From: a virus
Lineage: Duplodnaviria > Caudoviricetes
Direction: 5' to 3' (one strand)
DNA length: 60,293 nucleotides
Virus record (IMG/VR): IMGVR_UViG_3300044796_000664
Coordinates: 1-60,293 of that record
Shown here piece after piece: positions 48,378 to 57,953 of the stretch (position 1 is its first letter; each line of letters opens with the position of its first letter). Below the pieces are notes generated by a model that worked only from the letters and a program-made list of their open reading frames with translations, did no database searches and was not told the origin of the DNA. A program made the position numbers and the translations under genes.

Positions 48378-48784
48378 GCCGCGTCCTCCGGCCAGCCGCG
48401 GCCATGGGGCACGCCGGCGCGGTCCATCAGCTGGTCCAGCGCCTCGGCCGAGGCCCGCAGCAGCGGCGCGAACATCGCCCGGCGCCCATCGTCGCCGGCC
48501 TCGCAGAACGCCCGCACCGCGCGGATGAAGATCTCGATGGTCAGGCCGGCGCCCAGATCGCCCCGGTCCAGCGGGCAGGGCGGCGCATGCGCCACCTCGC
48601 GCCCGAACTCCATCAGCGCCCAGCGCTCCTGGCCGCCCCGGTCCAACCGGGCGCCATAAGTCTCCCCGCTCGCCCGCCGCGCCTGGTTCAGCGCCGCGCC
48701 CACCAGCCAGCGCCAGATGTCCGACGGGTTGCGCGAGCGGTCCCGCCGCGCCAGCTCGACGGTGAAGGCGCGATGGCGGCTCAC
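48374..48784 (-). CDS. Hypothetical protein
   Basis: GTG start with GGAGG RBS; coupled at both ends. Confidence 0.55.
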   Translation of the reverse strand: MSRHRAFTVELARRDRSRNPSDIWRWLVGAALNQARRASGETYGARLDRGGQERWALMEFGREVAHAPPCPLDRGDLGAGLTIEIFIRAVRAFCEAGDDGRRAMFAPLLRASAEALDQLMDRAGVPHGRGWPEDAA

Positions 48785-49108
48785 TGACCGGCCTCCGCTA
48801 GAAGAGCGCGCAGCGGCGCGCTCGGCTTCAACCGAACCACCACGCGCGCCAATCCGAATGACGGCGCGACCTCCGCCTCGAACAGGCTCTGGGGAACAGC
48901 GAGCATCGCAGCCAACCGGTAGCCGTGGGCCTCGGATAGTCGGGCCAGGTCGAGGCCATTCAGTTCGTCCAGCAGCGGCCGGGCGTTGAGGCTCAGGTTT
49001 AGCCACCGGGAGACGGCCTCGCCGCCGGAGCGATCACCACCCTCGGTGACCGCCCCGGCGACTCGCTCTCCAATGGCGTCGTCAACGCAACCAGCGGAGA
49101 GATCGGAA

Positions 49109-49369
49109 ATGGGCGAGGGTTTCGAAACCGACGCGACGGGGATTGTCCCTCTTTCCCCCGTCTCCGGTTGGACGGTCGCGGTCATAGCCGAGACCGCCGT
49201 GGGCTTGAGGATCGAGTTCGTGCGATCGGAGGCCGATCTGGTGGCGGGTCGGAGCGCGGCGGAACAGCTTGTGCTGACGGCGCCTCAGGCATTGGAACTG
49301 GCCGAAGATCTACGCCGAAGGGCAATGATCGCGCTTCAGCCACCGAACGCCGGCACACGAGCGAACTGA
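49109..49369 (+). CDS. Small antisense-oriented hypothetical protein
   Basis: MGEGFETDATG...; GGAGA RBS. Confidence 0.5.
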   Translation: MGEGFETDATGIVPLSPVSGWTVAVIAETAVGLRIEFVRSEADLVAGRSAAEQLVLTAPQALELAEDLRRRAMIALQPPNAGTRAN

Positions 49370-49399
49370 TCTCCGAGAGCCGAACGGTGAAGGGGGCGC

Positions 49400-49675
49400 T
49401 CATGACTGCACCTCGGCGGCCAGTGCGGCCCGTTCATATGGCCCCGGCTCCGCTGGCCGGTCGGCGCGCGGATAGGTCAGCAGCTCGCCGGCGAAATTGT
49501 GCTCCATCAGCCCCTGCTGGTCGGACCACCAGATCACCCACGCCCACTGGCGAGGCGGCGGTGGACAACCCGGCGGCCCATCGGCCGGGGGCCCAAATCC
49601 TTGAACCACCATCTTCGGCGAGCCCGACACCAGCCGCACGACCGATCCGATCGACAGTTCCGCCAGGTCGATCAT
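49400..49675 (-). CDS. YodC/DUF2158-like small protein
   Basis: IGSVVRLVSGSPKMVV...WW...F..ELL. Confidence 0.7.
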   Translation of the reverse strand: MIDLAELSIGSVVRLVSGSPKMVVQGFGPPADGPPGCPPPPRQWAWVIWWSDQQGLMEHNFAGELLTYPRADRPAEPGPYERAALAAEVQS

Positions 49676-49950
49676 GGATGGGCCTCGGCCGGGGTCTTCT
49701 CGACGCCATTGAGGTGCGGCGGATAGAAGTCCGCCGGCGTGATCTCGCCGCCAGTCCAGGCGACGATGCGGGCCATCAGCTCCGCGCCGGGGACGCGCCG
49801 GCGCGGGTTGTCGAACGGCAGGGTCATCAGGCGGACCTGCTCATGCGAGCAGCCGATCGCCTCAGCGACCGCCTTCAGCTTCATCTGGCGGACCCAGATG
49901 AAGCAGGCCAGCTTGGGCTGGGGCACGGGTTTAGGGGGGCGTTTCGTCAT
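49672..49950 (-). CDS. Cro-like HTH regulator
   Basis: AVAEAIGCSHEQVR...RRVPGAELMARI...TGGEITPADFY; divergent from the repressor. Confidence 0.8.
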   Translation of the reverse strand: MTKRPPKPVPQPKLACFIWVRQMKLKAVAEAIGCSHEQVRLMTLPFDNPRRRVPGAELMARIVAWTGGEITPADFYPPHLNGVEKTPAEAHP

Positions 49951-50081
49951 TCCAGCGGACCCTGATTCGGTTCGCTGTTGATTTCGTGGTTGCTTCGTTG
50001 TTTATGTCAACCCGCTGATGGCGGGAAAATTTCGCATTGAACGCTCTTACGATCAACGCGCCCTGGGCGTCTCATCGACCC

Positions 50082-50750
50082 ATGTCGTTGACCGAATCCC
50101 CAGAACGCGCCGAACAGAAGCTGATGGGCTCCGCCCTCCGCAATCTGCGCGAGCGCGCCGGCCTGCGCCAGGCCGACATCGCCGAGGCCCTCAACCTCAC
50201 GACCCAGGCCTGGCAGAAATACGAGGCCGGGGAACGGAAATTCAAGCATGAGAAGCTGGTCCCAATTCTCGCCGCGCTCAAGGCCACAGAGGACGATCTC
50301 AACGCCGAGCGCGCCCGAATCCTCGGGCGCCCTTACCCATCCAGGGTTGACACCAACCACGCCCCCGACCGAGGTTTAGTCTTTGATGTCTATGGCCGCG
50401 CGCGAGCGGGCGCCCAGGGCGTCCAGGTGTACGATGTGGGGGAGCCGGTGCGTACGATCGATTTGAGACAGATTCTGGGGCGGTCGACGGATGCGCTGGA
50501 AGTAGCGGGCGACAGCATGGTGCCCTGGGCCGAACCAGGCGAGATCGTGCTGTTCGACCGCGACCGTTACCCCAAGCGCGGCAGCGGGTGCGTGATCGAG
50601 ACCAAGGCCGGCGAGTACTACGTCAAGATCTACGAGAAGTCCGACGGTTCGACCCTGTTCGCCAAGGAGCTGAACCCGGAAGAGCGCATCGTCGCCTTCC
50701 CGATCAAGGATCTGAAGGGCGTCTACGCCATCCGGCTCCGGGGCGACTAA
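50082..50750 (+). CDS. CI-like repressor (XRE HTH + S24 peptidase)
   Basis: LRERAGLRQADIA HTH; Ala-Gly site (RAG); GDSM and VK catalytic residues. Confidence 0.92.
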   Translation: MSLTESPERAEQKLMGSALRNLRERAGLRQADIAEALNLTTQAWQKYEAGERKFKHEKLVPILAALKATEDDLNAERARILGRPYPSRVDTNHAPDRGLVFDVYGRARAGAQGVQVYDVGEPVRTIDLRQILGRSTDALEVAGDSMVPWAEPGEIVLFDRDRYPKRGSGCVIETKAGEYYVKIYEKSDGSTLFAKELNPEERIVAFPIKDLKGVYAIRLRGD

Positions 50751-50776
50751 GGCGCCACTCGCGCACGGCCCGCTGA

Positions 50777-51568
50777 CTACTCGCAACGAGCGACGACGGC
50801 GTTCGCCGGATCCGAGTGATCGATGAGCGTCACCGTCTTGGGCCGCCGATCATATTCGAACTGACCCAGGATAGGCATGCTTCCGGTCCAGATGATCTTG
50901 GTGGGCGTGACTGAGGAAATCGGCCACGACTTGCCGTCTGGCCCATCGGCCGCCGGGGATGACCTTGCGGAGCGACCCCTTACGTCGATCAGATATTCGG
51001 CCGCGATCTCGGTTGTCTTCATGCGGATGACGCAGGTCAGGAACTCCCCACCCGGCGGTGTCGGGCCGTAGCCGGCGAACACGGAGGGCGCGACGGGGTA
51101 GACGCCGATGGTGCTGGTGGCCCGTTGGTCACAGAATTCGCCAACCGATTTGGGGTCCGCGTTCCAGATGTAGTTCGGAGCGTCCGACGAGCCCAACGGG
51201 AAGACAGTGAACCTCCGCCAGCTCGAGCGAGGCGTTCGAACGGCTCCGCAGAGCACTGGGCGTTTGGCGGTGCTCTCGATTTCGATCTTCAGATCGCGGA
51301 AGCGGGCGGTGTGTGCACCGAGCCGATCGGGAGCATTGTCATGGGTCCAGCTCAGGATAGCCCGCGAGCGCCAGCGCTCGGTCTCATCACGACCTGGATA
51401 TTCTGGCCAAAGGACCGCCGGCGCCGCGGCGGCCGGCGCCCCAGAGCCGGCTAATGCGCTGCTCCGGATGGTCTGCCCCGGAGCGCTTCCCGGATCGGGT
51501 GAACAACCGGCCGCGCTTGCGAAGGCAACCGCCAACGCGCCAAGTCGCCATGCAAATGGGTGTTTCAT
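50777..51568 (-). CDS. Lipoprotein moron next to the repressor
   Basis: Lipobox AAG-C; atypical codon usage. Confidence 0.6.
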   Translation of the reverse strand: MKHPFAWRLGALAVAFASAAGCSPDPGSAPGQTIRSSALAGSGAPAAAAPAVLWPEYPGRDETERWRSRAILSWTHDNAPDRLGAHTARFRDLKIEIESTAKRPVLCGAVRTPRSSWRRFTVFPLGSSDAPNYIWNADPKSVGEFCDQRATSTIGVYPVAPSVFAGYGPTPPGGEFLTCVIRMKTTEIAAEYLIDVRGRSARSSPAADGPDGKSWPISSVTPTKIIWTGSMPILGQFEYDRRPKTVTLIDHSDPANAVVARCE

Positions 51569-51668
51569 CGTCATCCCCCAGACCGGGAAAGACTAATCCG
51601 CTCAATCACTTGCCGCAAGCGCGCGCGAACGGCGTTCGCTAAACCGCGCGAAAGTGGTTGAGCGGGGG

Positions 51669-51699
51669 TTGACCGATTCAACACAACGCGGCGTATTCC
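51669..51699 (+). promoter_or_regulatory. Putative early promoter
   Basis: TTGACC-N16-GCGTATTC upstream of the rightward operon. Confidence 0.45.
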
Positions 51700-51792
51700 A
51701 CCCCAACCCGCGTCGGGATTGGCGACTGACCGCCCCGACCCCCTCCCCTCGAAGGGGCGGTTTCCCGGCGCGGGCGCTCTGGGAGGGGCCAT

Positions 51793-52194
51793 ATGTCATC
51801 GATCCACACATCCACCGCCGACTCACGCCCGCGGGCCGTCTTCGACCCGGATCTCGGCTGTTACCGCATCGGCCATTGGCCACAGCTGGCCCCGGCCATG
51901 GACCCGGTCCAGCAGCTGCGCGCCGCGCTCGAGGCCGAAGGGCTGCCGGCGCCGACGATCTCCGGCGATGCCCCGGTCATGGTCAGCCGCCAGGATGATC
52001 CGGCCGAGCTGGCCGAACTCGACGACCCGCGCATCGGCCTGCCGCGTTCGCACTACCGCCGCACCACGCCGCTTCGCCGGCCTCGGCCGATCCGCACCCC
52101 GCTGACGCCGCGCGGCTGGGCGGCGGCGGTGCTGGCTGGCGTGATCGTCTGGACCATCGCGTCGACCATCGTCATCCACCTCTGGGGCCGCTGA
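51793..52194 (+). CDS. Hypothetical protein with C-terminal TM
   Basis: GGAGG RBS. Confidence 0.6.
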   Translation: MSSIHTSTADSRPRAVFDPDLGCYRIGHWPQLAPAMDPVQQLRAALEAEGLPAPTISGDAPVMVSRQDDPAELAELDDPRIGLPRSHYRRTTPLRRPRPIRTPLTPRGWAAAVLAGVIVWTIASTIVIHLWGR

Positions 52195-52196
52195 CC

Positions 52197-52535
52197 ATGG
52201 GCGAGCACTGGTTCAGCGCCAACCTGACCGAATATGCCCCCGGCTGCGAAGGCCGGCCGACCGACCAGCGCTGGCTGCGCCGCTACGGCCCCGAGGCCTC
52301 GGCCACAGGCTTGGCCGCATTGCTCGAGCGCCTCGGCCGCCGCCAGGGCGAGGTCGACGTCCGCCTGACGGCGATGGGCGATGTCGTCGTCCTCTCCGCC
52401 CGCCAGGGCGAACCCCGCGTCCCCCTGGCCTTCATCGTTGACGGCCACCCGCTGATCGACGGCGCGCAGGGCGACCCCTCATCCGCTCATCCCCGCGCAG
52501 GCGGGGACCCAGGCTTTTTGGAGGCCCACGCATGA
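52197..52535 (+). CDS. Hypothetical protein
   Basis: Coupled ORF. Confidence 0.6.
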   Translation: MGEHWFSANLTEYAPGCEGRPTDQRWLRRYGPEASATGLAALLERLGRRQGEVDVRLTAMGDVVVLSARQGEPRVPLAFIVDGHPLIDGAQGDPSSAHPRAGGDPGFLEAHA

Positions 52536-52900
52536 GCGACTTCTACAGCGAGCACGAGCGCCGAGCCGCCAAGACCTATCGATGCGACGAGTGCCGCACC
52601 GAGATCCTGCCGGGGACCCGCTACGTCTCATGGTTCCAGATCTTCGACGGTGACGCCTTCGGCGGCCACCTCTGCACCTTCTGCCGCGACCTCCGGGCGG
52701 AGGCGTGGATCGCCTTCGATTGGTACGGGCCGGAAGAGGCTCCCGACATGGGCGAGCTGCGGAGCTACCTGCGCGACGAGCACGGCGTCACCAACGCCGC
52801 GGCTTGGTACGGCAAGCGCGTGGCCGCCCGCGAAGCCGCCCGCAACGAGAAGTTCCGCGTCGATCGCGCCTTCGCCACCTATCAAGGAGCCGCCGAATGA
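52532..52900 (+). CDS. Zinc-ribbon phage protein
   Basis: RAAKTYRCDEC...I.PG..Y...CTFC. Confidence 0.7.
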   Translation: MSDFYSEHERRAAKTYRCDECRTEILPGTRYVSWFQIFDGDAFGGHLCTFCRDLRAEAWIAFDWYGPEEAPDMGELRSYLRDEHGVTNAAAWYGKRVAAREAARNEKFRVDRAFATYQGAAE

Positions 52901-54501
52901 CCGCCGCCATCACCCCCCAGGCCCTGCGCGCCAACGCCGAGCTGCTGCGCTGCCTGAACACCGGCGAGGGCGCCCACACGCTCAAGACCCTGGCCGAGGC
53001 ACTCGGCCGAGACCTGTCCAACCTGCGCAAGACCGTCGCCACGCTGGAAAAGCAAGGCCTGCTCGGCGGGCTCCCCGGCGGCCTGATCATCCTCACCCCG
53101 GCTGGCCGAACGGCGGCGGTCTCGCTGCCCGCTCCCGCGCCCAAAGCGAACGGCGTTCGCGATGAACGCTTCGACGAGCCGATGACCTGGCTGCGCCACG
53201 ACCAGCTCGTCCCCCATCCCAAGAACCCGCGCCGTGAGTTCGATCCGGTCGCGCTCGACGAGCTGCGCCAATCGATCCTGCTGGCCGACGGTCTGCTGCA
53301 GAACCTGGTGGTGACGCCCAAGCCCGACGATCCGGAGCATTTCTGGATCCTTGCCGGCCATCGTCGCTGGCGCGCCATCGGGCAGGCGATCGACGAGGGT
53401 GACTGGCCGCCGCACCGTCCGCTGCCCTGCCAGGTCCGCGCCGACCAGGCCCCGCGCGAGCGGCTATCCCTGGCGCTGATGGAAAACATCCAGCGCACCG
53501 ACCTGACCCCGCTGGAGGAGGCCCAGGCCTATCACACCCTGGCCAGCTCCGGCGCGCGCGGCGAGCCCGGCCTGACCAACGTGGAGATCGCCGACATGGT
53601 GGGCCGCACCCCGCGCCACGTCCAGATGCGCCGCCAGCTGCTCGACCTTCCCGACGAGGCCAAGGCCGACCTCGCCGCCGGCAAACTCAACGTCACCCAG
53701 GCCCGCGCCAAGGTGCAGACGCCGAAGGCGCTTCCGCCCTTGGCGGCCCTGGCTCTCGCGGAACTGGCCGACAAGATCGCCCGCGATCCGGACCCTGACG
53801 GACGCGCCTCGACCCGGGTCAACGCTTTCGAATCGGCCGAAGCGCGCCAGCTCGTGCGCGCCGGCATGTGCGGTTTCTTCGTCTCCGGTACAGGCGCCGA
53901 AATGCGCGACTGCGCCGTTCTGACAAGCTCCGGCCGAGAGTGGGCCGACGCCCAGGTGCGGGCGGCGAAGACGATCGCCCAGCTTATCGGCCGCCTCCGC
54001 GCCGCCGCCGGCAAGCCGGTCAACCTCGCAGAGGGTCAATACAGCACGCCCTGGCTGAACGTCCCACTCGCCGCCGCGCCCGTCATCCCGGCCAAAGCGT
54101 CCCCTTCCGTCACCACCGGGCCTGTCCCGGTGGCCCATGCCGAGAACCCGCTCAGGTCACCGCCGAAGCCCGCCGATCCCTTCATGGACCAGATCCGCGA
54201 AGCCGCCAGGGAGCCCGAGGACGCCGCCGCCTTCGCCGATGACCTCCAGGCCGTCGCCCAGATGACCGACACCGTGCGCGACATCCTCGCCTTCAATCGG
54301 GGCCGCGAGACCGCGGCCTGGGCGCACACGCCTGACAACGCCGCCCTCGCCAGCCTGACGATCACGGCGCTGCGCAAGGGCGACGCCTCTTGGGCCATGG
54401 CCTGCCTGGCCCACCTTCGCCGGCGCGCCGGCGCCATGGGGTACGGTGACGAGATCGCCAAGGCCATGGTCCGCGCCGGCCTGGAGCCGGTCGAGCCATG
54501 A
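52897..54501 (+). CDS. ParB/Spo0J-like protein with N-terminal wHTH
   Basis: NPRREF, GLLQNLVV, ILAGHRRWRA, LMENIQRTDLTPLEEA, HTH. Confidence 0.88.
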   Translation: MTAAITPQALRANAELLRCLNTGEGAHTLKTLAEALGRDLSNLRKTVATLEKQGLLGGLPGGLIILTPAGRTAAVSLPAPAPKANGVRDERFDEPMTWLRHDQLVPHPKNPRREFDPVALDELRQSILLADGLLQNLVVTPKPDDPEHFWILAGHRRWRAIGQAIDEGDWPPHRPLPCQVRADQAPRERLSLALMENIQRTDLTPLEEAQAYHTLASSGARGEPGLTNVEIADMVGRTPRHVQMRRQLLDLPDEAKADLAAGKLNVTQARAKVQTPKALPPLAALALAELADKIARDPDPDGRASTRVNAFESAEARQLVRAGMCGFFVSGTGAEMRDCAVLTSSGREWADAQVRAAKTIAQLIGRLRAAAGKPVNLAEGQYSTPWLNVPLAAAPVIPAKASPSVTTGPVPVAHAENPLRSPPKPADPFMDQIREAAREPEDAAAFADDLQAVAQMTDTVRDILAFNRGRETAAWAHTPDNAALASLTITALRKGDASWAMACLAHLRRRAGAMGYGDEIAKAMVRAGLEPVEP

Positions 54502-56471
54502 CCCCGGACATCATCATCGACCTGTTCGCCGGCGGCGGCGGGACCTCGACCGGGATCGAAGCCGCGACCGGCCGCTCCCCGGACATCGCCGTCAACCACG
54601 ACGCCGAGGCCCTGGCCCTGCATGCGGCCAATCATCCGGACACGCTGCATCTGTGCGACGACATCCGCCAGATCGACGTGGTCGCCTTGCTCAGCCGGCC
54701 GGAATTCCTCGGCCGGCGCGTGGGCCTGTTGTGGGCCTCGCCGGACTGCAAGGATCACTCCAAGGCCAAGGGCGGCGTGCCCAAGGACAAGAACATCCGC
54801 GGCCTGGCCTGGGAGGTGCTGCGCTGGACCGCGGCGATCCGCCGGGCCACCGGCAAGCCGCCCCGGACCATCGCCCTGGAGAACGTCGAGGAGTTCGCCG
54901 ACTGGGGTCCGATCCACCGCTATGGCAAGAACGCCGGCCGGGTGATGAAGCGCCGGCGCAAGGAGACCTTCCGTCTCTGGAAGGCCAACCTGGAGAGCCT
55001 CGGCGGTCGCCTCGAGGAACGCGAACTGGTCGCGGCGAACTACGGCGCGCCGACCACCCGCAAGCGGCTCTATGTGGTCTGCCGGTTCGACGGCGATCCG
55101 ATCGTCTGGCCGGAGCCCACCCATGCGCCGCGCCACGCCAAGGGCCGTCAGGGCGAGCTGTTCGATGCCGGGCAGGGGCTGATACCCTACCGCGCCGCAT
55201 CCGACATCATCGACTGGACGCAGCCGATTCCCTCGATCTTCGGCCGCCGGAAATCCCTGGCGCCCAAGACCGAGCGCCGCATCGCCCGCGGCATCGACCG
55301 GTTCGTGATCCGAGCCCAGCGGCCGTTCATCATCCCGGTGACCCACAGCACCGGCGGCGACCGGGCCTACGACGCCGGCGATCCGCTGCGAACGGCCACC
55401 GCAGCCAAGGGCGGCGACTTCCAGCTGGTCGCGCCCACCTTCCTGCCGGTGACCCACGCCGGCGACGATCGGGCGCACGGTCCGGAGGATCAGCTGCGCA
55501 CGGTGACGGGCGCGCATCGTGGCGAACTGGCGGTCGGCGCCGCCTTTCTCAACCGCACCGACATGCAGAGCGCGGCCGAACGGAACGGCATCCACTCGCC
55601 GGGCGAGCCGCTGCGGACCTTCACCAGTGCGGGCGGTTTCGCAGCGACCACCGCCTACCTTGGCCGCCAGTTCGGCTCGACAGTCAGCGGGCGCGACCTG
55701 ACCGAGCCGCATCCTGCGGTGATGACGGACGGCGCGGGCGGCAAGAGCCAGGTGGTGGCGGCCCACATCGCGCGCCAGTTCGGCGGGTCGGTCGGTTCTG
55801 ACCTCGCCGAGCCGGTCGGGACCGTCATGCCAGGCGGCAGCGGCAAGACCCAGCTCGTCGCCCCGGTGATCGACAAATACTACGCCACCGGCGTCGCCCA
55901 GGAGGCGGCCCGGCCGCTCGATGCGGTGACCGCCAAGGCCCGCTTCGGCCTGACCGGGGCCTTCGTGGAGCAGGCCAACACCGGCGTGATCGGGCATGCG
56001 GCCGACAAGCCAGTGTCGACCATCCTGGCCGCCGGATCGCACCAGCGCCTGGTCGGCGCCGACCTGGAGCCATGGGACGCGGCCCTGGCCGCCATCGGCG
56101 CGCCGCCCGGATCGAAGCGGCGCGAGGTGCTGGCCTTCCTCTGGTCGCATTTCGGCGCGCCCACCGAGGCCGAGTGGGCCGATCCGGCGGCGACGATCCA
56201 GGGGCGGCTGCGGTTCGGCCTGGTGATCCTCGACGGCGCCACTTGGCAGATCGTCGACATCGGCATGCGCATGCTGACCCCGCGCGAGCTCTACAGCGCC
56301 CAGGGATTCCCGCCGGGCTACGTCATCGAACTGACCCTGGCGGACGGCCGCACGCTGACCAAGACCGCACAGACCCGGATGGCCGGGAACTCGGTCTCGC
56401 CACCGGTGGCGGCGGCGATCATCGGGGCCAACTGCGCATGGCTGCGCGAGCAGCGACAGGTGGCCGCATGA
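54498..56471 (+). CDS. C5-cytosine DNA methyltransferase with repeat-expanded variable region
   Basis: DLFAGGGG, SPDC, ENV, RKRL, RML, GNSV. Confidence 0.92.
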   Translation: MTPDIIIDLFAGGGGTSTGIEAATGRSPDIAVNHDAEALALHAANHPDTLHLCDDIRQIDVVALLSRPEFLGRRVGLLWASPDCKDHSKAKGGVPKDKNIRGLAWEVLRWTAAIRRATGKPPRTIALENVEEFADWGPIHRYGKNAGRVMKRRRKETFRLWKANLESLGGRLEERELVAANYGAPTTRKRLYVVCRFDGDPIVWPEPTHAPRHAKGRQGELFDAGQGLIPYRAASDIIDWTQPIPSIFGRRKSLAPKTERRIARGIDRFVIRAQRPFIIPVTHSTGGDRAYDAGDPLRTATAAKGGDFQLVAPTFLPVTHAGDDRAHGPEDQLRTVTGAHRGELAVGAAFLNRTDMQSAAERNGIHSPGEPLRTFTSAGGFAATTAYLGRQFGSTVSGRDLTEPHPAVMTDGAGGKSQVVAAHIARQFGGSVGSDLAEPVGTVMPGGSGKTQLVAPVIDKYYATGVAQEAARPLDAVTAKARFGLTGAFVEQANTGVIGHAADKPVSTILAAGSHQRLVGADLEPWDAALAAIGAPPGSKRREVLAFLWSHFGAPTEAEWADPAATIQGRLRFGLVILDGATWQIVDIGMRMLTPRELYSAQGFPPGYVIELTLADGRTLTKTAQTRMAGNSVSPPVAAAIIGANCAWLREQRQVAA

Positions 56472-56791
56472 CCCGCTCCCACCTCCTCACCGACGCCGTC
56501 GCCTTCCACCTCGACACCGCTGACGGCCACCTGGCGCGCGCCACCGAATGGCTGGCGGCCTCCGCGAAGGCCACCGATCCCGACTGGCGCGCCTGGACCC
56601 TCGGCCACGCCATCCGCGCCCACGCCGAGGCCGAGCGCCACGCCGAATTCGCTTCCCTGCTGCTGGAGACCTCCGCATGCCCCGACCCCGCTTCCACCTC
56701 GCCCGCGCCGCCGGCGCGCCGGACGAGCGCTTCCGCACCCTTGACCGGCTGGCTGCCCGACTGGCTGAGCTTCGTCAGGATCGCCCGCTGA
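56468..56791 (+). CDS. Hypothetical protein
   Basis: ATGA-coupled to the methyltransferase gene. Confidence 0.5.
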   Translation: MTRSHLLTDAVAFHLDTADGHLARATEWLAASAKATDPDWRAWTLGHAIRAHAEAERHAEFASLLLETSACPDPASTSPAPPARRTSASAPLTGWLPDWLSFVRIAR

Positions 56792-56985
56792 GCCTCGCCG
56801 AGGCCTTCCTGCCCCGAGTCGCAGGGCCCAACGGCCCATGCACGGCGGTCCGCACCGAGGACGGCGACCTCCTCGGCCACGCCTTCGTCCCCCAGGAGCT
56901 GCTGCAGGCCGCCCTGCGCCGCCTCGGCGAACCGCCCAGACCCCGCCAGTGGACCGGCCGGGCGCAGCGGGAGGCGCGGGTCTGA
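56677..56985 (+). CDS. Hypothetical protein
   Basis: GGAG RBS; TGATG-coupled to the next gene; overlaps the previous ORF. Confidence 0.5.
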   Translation: MPRPRFHLARAAGAPDERFRTLDRLAARLAELRQDRPLSLAEAFLPRVAGPNGPCTAVRTEDGDLLGHAFVPQELLQAALRRLGEPPRPRQWTGRAQREARV

Positions 56986-57266
56986 TGGACGAGCAACCCC
57001 GGATGCAGCTGCTGCCGCCCGCGGCTCACCTTTGCCAGGAATGCGCCACCGGCCACCTGGCGGCCGAGCCGCACAACGCCCAGAGCCTGTTCTACCAGAT
57101 GCGGTTCAAGATGGAGACTGGCAACGATCCGTCCTGGCTGACCGCCATGGCGCATTGCGCACCGGAGGTTCAGGCCGCCTGGAAAGCGGGCCTGGAGGGC
57201 ATGGGGATCGATGTCGACGCCGGCCAGATCAATCCGCCGGCCCAGCGCAAAAAGGGGCGGTCCTGA
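56985..57266 (+). CDS. Cys/His metal-binding phage protein
   Basis: CQECA..H....PH...AMAHC. Confidence 0.7.
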   Translation: MDEQPRMQLLPPAAHLCQECATGHLAAEPHNAQSLFYQMRFKMETGNDPSWLTAMAHCAPEVQAAWKAGLEGMGIDVDAGQINPPAQRKKGRS

Positions 57267-57484
57267 TGCCCCGCGGATTCCTCTCCGAAGACCACGACGC
57301 GAACGCCGTTCGCCGCTCCGACCTGGTGGACATCGCCGCCGAGGTCCGCGCCGAAACCGCCAAGGCCTGGCTGGTCTTCGACGGCGCCCGCGAGGCCTGG
57401 ATCGCCAAGGCCTGGGCCGAACGCAACCCCGACGGGACCTTCACCATGCCCGGGCACTGGGCCGTTGAGAAGGGCCTGATCTGA
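57266..57484 (+). CDS. Small phage protein
   Basis: AETAKAWLV.DG...WIAK...TMP..WA.EKGLI. Confidence 0.7.
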   Translation: MPRGFLSEDHDANAVRRSDLVDIAAEVRAETAKAWLVFDGAREAWIAKAWAERNPDGTFTMPGHWAVEKGLI

Positions 57485-57549
57485 CCTCCCAAACCCATCC
57501 TGGCGCATCCCGCGCCCGGTTCCACCGCTCGCAATATGGAGACGAGCCG

Positions 57550-57879
57550 ATGAACACCACAACGACCGCCAAAGCCGCCGACACGGCCGAGGCCAACACC
57601 CCAGCCGGCAAGCCGGTGATCGTGCGGACCTACTCCGCCGGCGCCCACTTCGGCTACCTGGTGCGCCGGGACGGCAAGGAAGTCGAGCTCGAGCGTTCGC
57701 GGCGCTTGTGGCGCTGGTTCGGGGCCTGGACCCTGAGCGAGATCGCCACGGATGGCCTGGACGCCAAGAAGTCTAAGATCGCCGCGCCGGTCAGCATCAC
57801 CCTGACCGAAGCCATCGAGATCATCGACTGCACGCCCGAGGCGGTCGCCAGCATCGAGTCCGCCAAATGGGCAGCCTAA
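57550..57879 (+). CDS. DUF6948-like phage protein
   Basis: VIVRTYSAGAHFG...RRLWRW...LSEIA..G...EII. Confidence 0.75.
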   Translation: MNTTTTAKAADTAEANTPAGKPVIVRTYSAGAHFGYLVRRDGKEVELERSRRLWRWFGAWTLSEIATDGLDAKKSKIAAPVSITLTEAIEIIDCTPEAVASIESAKWAA

Positions 57880-57953
57880 CCGAGAAGCCAGCCGGACCCG
57901 GGTCCGGGGACGGGTCCGGGGACGGGTCCGGGTCCGGGGACGGGTCCGGCTGA
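57867..57953 (+). CDS. 28-aa Gly-Ser-Asp repeat peptide
   Basis: MGSLTEKPAGPGSGDGSGDGSGSGDGSG, built from GGGTCC/GGGGAC hexamers. Confidence 0.4.
   Translation: MGSLTEKPAGPGSGDGSGDGSGSGDGSG

Noticed and set aside
12410-57313. GCGAAC-N3-GTTCGC as a LexA box
   Set aside because: Spacing fits neither the alphaproteobacterial direct repeat (N7) nor the Firmicute GAAC-N4-GTTC box, and most copies are intragenic
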